Position numbers and translations under genes: made by a program
In this document: in pieces, positions 35,480 to 44,500 of the stretch
Position numbering within the stretch: position 1 is the first letter of the stretch
Layout of the letters: the number at the start of each line of letters is the position of its first letter
Notes under the pieces: model-generated
Database searches by the model: none
What the model saw: the letters and a program-made list of their open reading frames with translations, nothing else
What the model was told of the DNA's origin: nothing
NCBI RefSeq assembly: GCF_001194135.2
Contig: NC_068985.1
Span: 122,832,227-122,876,726 of the forward strand
Source: Octopus bimaculoides
Taxonomy: Eukaryota
DNA: 44,500 nucleotides
Direction of reading: 5' to 3'

Positions 35480-38200
35480 AAATGCCCTGATGCAGTACCA
35501 GGCAGTGGCTCTCATGGCTTCTGATCTTAACTGATTGGAAGTGTTATCATGTACATTGTTTTGTCTTGGTATAAGAAGATGGGCTACAGCAAATATTCTG
35601 CTCAATACCACAGATGTGCATGTCAGTTGTTTGAACTTAACCAGTTGAGCATGTCCCTTGGTGGCTGACGATGTGTGCATCTCTGATCACGAGCAGAAGT
35701 AGTTGGGGAGCATCATAGCCAATTTTTAGAGGAAGATAGGGAACGTTACAGTAACGTCTGTCCCTTCAAAAGAAGAACTGCAGGAACTTTAGAATAAAAT
35801 TTGGGAAGAAGAAAAAACGCACAATATAAAGGCCCCTTGGATTGATAGAATATCTACTGACTTAGACTCCTTAGAAGAGCAAAAGAATGAGGGTATCAAG
35901 GTAGAAGATGTAAGATCTGCTCTCAGGAAATCAAGCAAAGTCTCCTGGAAAGGGAAAAAGTTCCAAACTTCTGGTTGAATGCCTTCCCAGAGAGTCATGA
36001 ATTGGTAACAAAACTTTACAATAATGTTTTGCAACAACCTAGTACGATTCCCTCTTGGTTTGTTAATGGTGTTACATTTAAACTTCCAAAAAATAAAGAA
36101 ACAAATCAATCAAAAAATTATAGACCCATAACCAACCTAACAACAATTTATAAAATACTAACATCTGTCTTGACTGAATATACCTACAGTTTTTCTTAAA
36201 TAGAATGTGGCGTCTTCCTTAATGAGCAAAAAGGATGTAAACGTGGGTCCTATGGCTGTAAAGATCAGCTACTCATCAATAAGATGATCTTTGAAGATTG
36301 TCACAAACAACACAAGAACCTGTCGATAGCCTAGATAGACTTTGAAAGAGCTTTTGATACTCTACCACATAACTTGATTAAGAAATGTCTGGAAATGTAT
36401 AAAATAGCGCCTACTCTGCGAAACTTTTTGTCTGTAAGTATGAGATCATGGAGAATCACACTGACTTGGAACAGTGACAATGAATCTCTCAATGCTGGAG
36501 ATGTAAGAATTTCATGTGGCATTTTCCAGGGTGACTCTCTATCACCGCTCCTCTTTTGTCTAGCCTTGATATCTCTCTCGAAATTGCTCGTTGCTGTACA
36601 GTATGGCTATAAAATATCTGATAAAAATATAAATCATCTCTTTTACATGGATGATTTAAAGCTCTTTGCAAAAATATGACCAACAACTACAGGGTTTACT
36701 AGCAATTGTTAAACCCTTCAGTGATGACATCAGGATAGTTCTTGGTCTCGATTAATGTGCAAAAGCTACCTTTATCAGACGAAAAATGATAGAAACTTCC
36801 AACGTTAATCTTGACCAAAAGAATGTCATAAAGGAGTTTGAACCAGCGGAGAGCTACAAATAGGAGTATTTGAAGGTGATGGAATCAAACATTAAACGAT
36901 GAGGGAAAAGATAAGAAAAGAATATTATCGCAGGGTAAGGACAATGCTCAAGACAGTGCTGAATGCAAGAAACAAGATCGAAACGATCGATACTTTAGCC
37001 ATTCCGTTCGTGACTTACAGTTTCAATATTATTAACTGGTCAATTACTGAAATATATAATCTTGAATTTAGAATGAAGATTGCCACAATTGGCCTAAACA
37101 CCAACCTGAAAAACTCTGATGACTGGATGTTAAAATTTGTCTTAAAACATTGAAGCACGAAAACATCATACTCAGTTATAAAACAGGCAAAGAAATATCT
37201 AAGTGAATTCCAAATACAACAAATCTCAGAATTAGACGTACTGGAAACAAGCGCAGAAGAAGTTAACCGTATGAAAATCCGTGCTAAAACTTCTAACTTA
37301 GATATTCTTATTGATAAATGGCAAGAAAAACCTTTCAATTGCAAATACTCAAAGAGAGCTAATAATGCCGATGCTGACAAAGCCCTTACCCATCAATGGT
37401 TAATGTCTTCTGGCTTAAAATCAGAGACAAGGGTTTATCATAGCAGCGAAGATCATTGCCTAACTACAAGGAGCTGCCTAACCAACATATTAAAGAACGG
37501 CAGTAGCCCAACATGTCGTGTCTGTAAACAACAAAATGAAACCATCAATCATGTGGTCTCCGTGTGCAGTGTCCTTGCGCCTACAGAGTATCTCAACAGG
37601 CATGATAGAGCAGCACAGTATATTCGCTGGATAATTTGCAAAGACTTGGACCTGATCCATGATAAAGACTGGTGGGAATACAAACCACCTCCTAAGCGAG
37701 GCATTATATTGAAGGACATCAGACAAAACTCATGCCTCCTCATCGATATGACTGTCCCAATCGATATAAACGTATCTATCAAGACTTACCAAAAACTGAG
37801 CAAGTATAAAAAACTTGAAATAGAAATTGGCAGAATGTAGAAACTCTAGACTAAAACAGTACCTGTTGTCATAGGTGCCCTGGGAATGATAGCAAAAGGG
37901 GCTGATTGCTACCTAGCTCAGATACCAGGAAATCCAAAAATTGCAGAAATTCAAAAAATAGTGCTCATGGGTACTGCCCGTATCCTACGTAAAACAATGT
38001 CTATGTAATCCCAAATTTTAAAACAAACTTATAATTTTCTTGTTTTTTTTTAGACATTCTCTAGAACAATACTTAATGTAAAACCAAATATATGGCACCC
38101 TAGTCATAACACCAACTTGAACTTCTAGCTTTTCATCACTTGAGGTCTCTGGGTGAGACTTGGAGTCAACTTGTACAAATACAACGCAAAAGTGAAACAC
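35480..38200 (+). mobile_element. R4/Dong-type non-LTR retrotransposon, internally deleted pseudogene (5' module, RT, CCHC, RLE, 3'UTR)
   Basis: NYRPITNL, EQKGC, IFQGDSLSPLLF (36521+), HLFYMDDLKL (36644), CRVCKQQNETINHVVSVC, LLIDMTVPID...QKLSKYK, VIGALG. Stop at 38008; (TAA)n on both sides; many stops and frameshifts. Confidence 0.93.
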
Positions 38201-38260
<60 letters not shown>

Positions 38261-38261
<1 letters not shown>

Positions 38262-38372
38262 GTTTCAAGTTTTGGCACAAGGCCAGCCATTGTATTGTAG
38301 GGGTAAGTCGAATACAACGACCCAAATGTTTGGTTGGTACTCGTTTTATCAACCCCAAATGGATGAAAGGAT
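38261..38372 (-). mobile_element. SINE family B 3' half whose tail merges with the TAA tract at 38201-38260
   Basis: GGTTTCAAGTTTTGGCACAAGGCCAGC...GGTACTCGTTTTATCAACCCC. Confidence 0.8.
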
Positions 38373-38898
38373 CATTACATATTTCAAACTGGCGAAAACA
38401 AGGACGTTATCTCCAGTTTGTAAAAAGCCTACAAGACCCAGGGCAACAATAGGTTAAGTTTGTCACCAAATTAACTTCATATATGTTATTCATGGCACAA
38501 ACTTCAGCACGCCAGACTGCTTAGCGGCAGTTCTTCTGGTTTTAGTTCTGAGTTCAAATGTCACCAAAGTAGACTTTACCTTTGAATATACCATAAAAAA
38601 CAAGAAAACTTTAAATTAAAACTCTCGTGCGTGTTCACCTCACCCGAATCTACTTTGTCGAGAACACTCATAACAGCAATCTACTAATTAATATCATATC
38701 TTTCAGTGTTCGTTTATACAGACAAATGACATTAAAAACAAGACTTGACGATACATTGTCTGTTTAATACACAAAATAGTCATTATCTTGTAATTGTCGA
38801 TCAAACAAATGGTTTATAATTGTTCAAGTACAGTTTGATGATAACGACTTGACACATCAAGTATGTATGTGGGTGTGTCTGTGGGACAGAGTATTTGC

Positions 38899-38942
<44 letters not shown>

Positions 38943-39034
38943 TAAATGGTGACAAGTTAGATATCGACTATTTATCGTGTGTGTGCTTTTTATGTATTAT
39001 CTGCAGGTGTTCAGCTGATGTTTATACTACATAG

Positions 39035-39330
39035 ATGGCCTGGCTCTCCATCGGTTACGACGATGAGTGTTCCAGGTGATTCGATCTACAGAACAACCAG
39101 CTCATGAAATTAAACGGGCAAGTGGCTGAGCACTCCACAGACACATATAACCTTGGTGTAGTTCTCAGGGAGATTCAGCCTGACTCACCGAAGGTGGCAA
39201 GGCTGTTCCATTGAACAATACAAAAAGTTATTTTGCCAACCGAGTGGACCAGAACAACGTGAAATAAAGTACCGGGAATTGAACACACACTCGTGAAACT
39301 AATACCGTAGCCACAAAGACATACGCCTTT
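39035..39330 (-). mobile_element. SINE family C, decayed
   Basis: GTGGCTGAGCACTCCACAGACAC tail and GCAACGTGAAATAAAGT-like body; the latter is shared with the family D head region. Confidence 0.65.
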
Positions 39331-39598
39331 ACTCGACGCAGCTGAAAATGAGTGAATTACATAGTGTGCTAAATGATTCGGGCGACTTGGGTTTAGAGAT
39401 TTCGATTGCATACATTTCACGTATATTTCTAATGCTTAAAGGGAAAGCACGAATGTCAAAAATCCCATTTCGCCAAACTCTGAAGTTACTAGGGATGTTT
39501 GGTAGTCTATCGTTATCCGAAGGAGACGGTTCTCCGTTTTCCTGTTGACCAACAAGTGAGTTGTTTATAGTATTCAAATGTTTGTGCTTTATATTATC

Positions 39599-39790
39599 TC
39601 ACTCCCTCCAACAAATCGACGTTGCCTGAACAGGTGCACGGTGTGCCACACGTCATGTGCCGAAGTGATCGGAGAGCAACGCGAGGTGAAGTGTTTTGCT
39701 TAAGAACATAACGCACCATCTTGTCCAGAAATTGAAGCAATTTATATCGCGATCGTGAGTGTAAGACCCAGCCACTAAGCCGTGCTCTCT
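39599..39790 (-). mobile_element. SINE family D
   Basis: Reverse complement matches 42490-42785 and 44179-44465 (CCTGTTCAGGCAACGTCGATTTG). Confidence 0.85.
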
Positions 39791-39882
39791 CAGTCATTAG
39801 GTATAAGCACAAGTTAATGGATATTTCTGATTTCGGAACAGGAAAATGTCGGACTAAATCCGTTAGTTCCATATCCATATTC

Positions 39883-40638
39883 TTTTACTTTTACTCGAAT
39901 CAGTCATTTGACTTGATCATGCTGGAGCACCGCTTTTAGTCGAAGAAAACACCCCCAGGACTTATTCTTTGTAAGCCTAGTACTTATTCTATCGGCCGCT
40001 TTTGCCGAACCGCTTTTGCCGAACCGCTTTTGCCGAACCGCTTTTGCCGAACCGCTAAGTTTCGGGGACATAAACACACCAACATCGGTTGTCAAGCGAC
40101 GCTGGTGAACAAACATAGACACAAAGCACACATGCTTAAGTACACACACACACACACACACCCGCATACNNNNNNNNNNNNNNNNNNNNNNNNNNNNNNN
40201 NNNNNNNNNNNNNNNNNNNNNNNNNNNNNNNNNNNNNNNNNNNNNNNNNNNNNNNNNNNNNNNNNNNNNNNNNNNNNNNNNNNNNNNNNNNNNNNNNNNN
40301 NNNNNNNNNNNNNNNNNNNNNNNNNNNNNNNNNNNNNNNNNNNNNNNNNNNNNNNNNNNNNNNNNNNNNNNNNNNNNNNNNNNNNNNNNNNNNNNNNNNN
40401 NNNNNNNNNNNNNNNNNNNNNNNNNNNNNNNNNNNNNNNNNNNNNNNNNNNNNNNATATATATATATATATACGCACACCCAACGGGCTTCTTTCAGTTT
40501 CCGTCTACCACATCCACTCACGAGGATTTGGTCGGCCCGAGGCTATAGTAGAAGACACTTGCCCAAGGTGCCACGCAGTGGGACTGAACCCGGAAGTATG
40601 TGGCTGGGAAGCAAGCTTCTTACCACACAGCCACTCCT
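39883..40638 (-). mobile_element. tRNA-derived SINE family A with an internal 14-bp tandem expansion
   Basis: Similar to 231-594; gap inside the internal microsatellite. Confidence 0.9.
39996..40056. repeat. 14-bp tandem repeat CCGCTTTTGCCGAA x4.4
   Basis: Perfect head-to-tail copies with no spacers. Confidence 0.95.
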
Positions 40639-41749
40639 GTGCCACACAGTCACACCTGTTTATTTAAATCTCAACAATGGTGTCACTGCTGATATCCCCT
40701 TTATTAAGAATCGATTAAATAAGTCCCAGTAATTGATTTCAGTTAACTTACCCACCGCTCGTCTGTCTTGTAAAATATCAATATATCACTTCGTAGATAC
40801 GATTGTGTGAGGATAAATTACATGAATTTGTTGTTGTGGGTTGAGGTGGGGGAAGAACCGTTGTCGTCGAAGCAGATAATTACTTAAGCTGTACCAACAA
40901 AACTGTAAAAATAACAGCTAAATTTCTCTCATATCATAACTCGTCTAGTTTTATAGTTGTTAGAAATAGTAGCTAAATCTCCCTAACATGACACGCTTAC
41001 AGCATAAAGAAATAAGGGCATACGGGACAACGTGATTCTTGATATGCGAATCAATATCCTAATAATCTTAATATACGGACTCGTTAGATATACACGAAAG
41101 ATGAGATGGTGATATAGATGAAAGAGATTTTGTGTTTTGGCTTATATTATGACACCCAACACAAATATACAAAGCTATATTGCTTTTCACCCTCCACATA
41201 AGATCTCCCTGTGTAGTGTCTCATCTACTCACCAAAATGTCCAGTACTCGTTGCTGTGCTGTTGCTTGAGTACTTAAATGACCCTGAGAGATGTACTAGG
41301 GGAACGCAAGTCCTGGTAGGCCTACCGGTGTTGTACAACCCAAAGGAAAGAAGCCAGGATAATATGGACCAACTCTTTTCACATGAGACGTTGGGTTTAC
41401 AAATGGCTAATACCTCTGCTTAGAAAAAAGTGAAGCTATAAAAGCATTTATGATATTTCAAAACAAACGAGACATGGGACAGGAAGGACAACCCAGAGTC
41501 AAGAACAGTGGAGTAAAATCATCGATGGCCTATGCTTCATAGGAACCAAGAGCTAAAAAACAAAAAAAACAAAAGATCATCTATGCTTTCTCCACACTTC
41601 CACACATTCCTCTTACAACCCATTCGCTATTTTACCTTACTCCATATTTTGTTGTCTTTCGTTTTTGAACTGAAATAATGCATCAAACTATATTTACGTT
41701 GCAGATATGCTTTTGTTTCAATGCCCGATAGTTTTCATAACTCTCTTAA

Positions 41750-41815
<66 letters not shown>

Positions 41816-42374
41816 CCTTTTTCTTCTCCCTCACCTCTCTACGAAAACTCTTATTCTTCTTCCTTAATATTCATACACCCTCCCCGATCACAAATTAATT
41901 TATTTACTACTTTGCTTGTGTTTAAATCCTGCTGCCCAGTCACTTCATTTATGCTTCCTAAACTTTAAAAATATTCTTGGCTAGATATTTCTCTGGCAGC
42001 AAAGCTCATAATGATTATCTTTGTCTACCAAGGTAAAACACTTCGTTTTATTCAAGTTTATTTCGTTCGTTTACAATATTTATGCACTTTGATTCAATGG
42101 TCAATCGACTTATACGAAAGATTCCATCGCTTCCTTTCGTAATGTAACAAAACCCTTGCTTTAAATGTTTATTTGAATATTTTCCAACTCATACTCACAA
42201 TAGTAATTGAAGCCATTTTATCGTTCCAAAAGTTCAGTTCTGTCTGTAGACTAGTTGTGCGAAATCAGACTTAAGGTTTGTGAAAATGCCACTTTACACA
42301 ACTTATTTGCTATATCCGTATCACGCGACGTACATGTATATGTGTTTGTGTGTGTGCGCGCGCGTATGTGTGTG

Positions 42375-42416
<42 letters not shown>

Positions 42417-42427
42417 CNNNNNNNNNN

Positions 42428-42484
<57 letters not shown>

Positions 42485-42489
42485 TCACA

Positions 42490-42785
42490 GTGAGGGCTTG
42501 TGGCTTATCGGTTGGGGCGTTGTACTTACGATCGAGCGATCGTGATTTCAACTTCTAGATGGATGTGTTGTGTTCTTGAGCAAAACACTTCATCTCACGT
42601 TGCTCTGCGACCACTTCGGCACTTAACGAGTGGTACGCCGTTCACCTGTTCAGGCAACGTCAATTTGATGGAGAGAGTGAGCTAATGTGCGGTTCGAGCA
42701 TTTGATCATTATAAACAAATCATTTGTGCAGGTCGTTCGGCAAAAGCTGAACGCTCATAGGACGTCTTCGATTGGAGAATCCATT
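42490..42785 (+). mobile_element. SINE family D
   Basis: tRNA-like head; body shared with 44179-44465. Confidence 0.85.
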
Positions 42786-42788
42786 TGA

Positions 42789-42830
<42 letters not shown>

Positions 42831-43681
42831 NNNNNNNNNNTATATATATACATACATACATGCACATACATACATACCGTGTATAGATATATGTATATCA
42901 TACACGTATTTATATAAACATATATCTAATATCACAATATATGCAACATATCACAAGAAATGGCGTCCGCTAGACGGGATGTTCTATGTATTTTTAAGCA
43001 ACTGAAACAAATTAATAGTTGTCTATTGTGAGAAAATTATTTTACAATATTAACTATTTATACTTTCCCACTTATACTATATCGTCATCATTATTGTTGT
43101 AGATTCTTAAGTGAGTTAATATTTTAGTTATAACTGAATAGGAATTATATGGCAACTGGTTTTGCCACATTTGCCTGAATTCGCTGAAAAATGTTGATAA
43201 AAATATTGTAGACAGGTGAATGGATTCGGGTTTTATAGATTCGTTTGACCTAATTATCAAGGCAATGACTTTAAAACCAATCACATCATAAAACTACGCA
43301 ATTGCTAGTATTATTGTGCCCAGATGAATCTTAACATGGTCGAATTGCTATTATGATTTCCTTTTGTAATTATAATCGCAAATTGAATTTTCAATTTACA
43401 AGACATCTCTCTCTTCTACATATATATTCAATAGTGCGCACACATGCGCGTGCTTACACGCATGCACAAACTCATAGTCATAAGTTAAGAACGGACATAA
43501 AGATTACACAACAGCCTTTAAACGAAATTAGTAAAAGCAACTGGTAATGCATTGAAATGCATAGAAATAAAACCATATATAAACGTATATACATAATAAA
43601 ATATTAGTAAATTGTTAAACATTCAGAAAAATGGACGGAAAAATATCTATAATGTTGTGTTCACAAATATATGATGTAATA

Positions 43682-43735
<54 letters not shown>

Positions 43736-43836
43736 TACACACACACAGAAACACACACACACACACACGACTACACACGCACACAACACGCACACACACG
43801 CAAACACACGCACACATATACATATATGTGTGCGGG

Positions 43837-44106
43837 CGCTAAGTTACGGGGACATAAACACATGAACATCGGTTGTCAAGCGATGGTGGGGGGAGACAAA
43901 CATAGACACAAATAACAAACACACATATACATATATATACATATTTATATATACGACGGGCTTCTTTCAGTTTCCGTCTACCAAATCCACTCACAAGGCT
44001 GTGGTCGGCCCGAGGCTGTAGTAGAAGACACTTGCTCGAGGTGCCACGCAATGGGACTGAACCCAGAACCATGTGGTTGGGAAGCAAGCTTCTTGCCACA
44101 CAACCA
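43837..44106 (-). mobile_element. SINE family A, 3'-truncated
   Basis: Head and body match the other family A copies. Confidence 0.88.
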
Positions 44107-44178
44107 TACATACATGCATGCATACATACATACATACATGCATACATACATGCATACATACATACATATATGTATAAT

Positions 44179-44465
44179 GTGAAGACGCATGGCCCAGTAG
44201 ATAGGGTGTTGCACTCAAGATCACGAGATTCCTAGACCTGGTGGTGGAGCGTCGAGTTTTTGACCGAAGTACTTCATCTCAATTTGCTCTGCGATCACTT
44301 CGACACTTGACATGTGGTACACGTTGTACTTGTTCAGGCAACGTCGATTTCATGGAGGGAGTGAGGTAATATACAACACATGCTTTTGAACACTATAAAC
44401 AAATCATTTGTGCAGGCTGTTTGGCAAAAGTAGAACACTCATGCATTGAATTCGATGGGATAGTC
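44179..44465 (+). mobile_element. SINE family D
   Basis: GTGAAGACGCATGGCCCAGTAG A-box-like head; shared body. Confidence 0.85.
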
Positions 44466-44500
44466 CATCATGCATATATATATATATATATATATATATA

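Noticed and set aside
35664-35725. CTGACGA in the Dong 5' module (CTGATGA in the 7.5 kb copy)
   Set aside because: It is followed by GAAG and has no NUH at the required position; the N7 difference is explained by CpG decay.
39348-39577. Overlapping 66-aa (+) and 82-aa (-) ORFs and an AA|GTGAGT donor between SINEs
   Set aside because: No recognisable motifs and no convincing acceptor.
39996-40056. CRISPR-like repeats
   Set aside because: There are no spacers; this is a simple tandem repeat within a eukaryotic SINE.
24-44235. Numerous ORFs rich in YI, CV, HT, poly-L/R/N/H/I/S/E or X
   Set aside because: They are translations of microsatellites and N-gaps.

Overview
AT-rich eukaryotic nuclear DNA from a gapped draft assembly (13 N-gaps, nearly all flanked by microsatellites). 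The repeat make-up looks like a coleoid cephalopod, probably Octopus; this is recognition/inference, not a database result. No intact host protein-coding gene, rRNA, true tRNA or CRISPR array is supported, and most ORF-track entries are microsatellite or N-gap artefacts. The window is dominated by decayed mobile elements: several tRNA-derived SINE families; R4/Dong-type (RLE) non-LTR retrotransposons in (TAA)n tracts, including a ~2.7 kb internally deleted copy at 35480-38200; a CR1/L2-like LINE fragment; a Penelope-like (GIY-YIG) fragment; and a near full-length decayed mariner. The most interesting signal is not in the ORF track: a set of minimal type I hammerhead ribozyme motifs. One lies in a 278-nt unit whose terminal direct repeat starts exactly at the predicted cleavage site (retrozyme/pLTR-like, 5818-6154). 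Another is a U3:A8 compensatory-core variant inside a 115-bp foldback (1335-1849). A third set is a back-to-back pair of opposite polarity (2912-3178). All folds were derived by eye and are untested.
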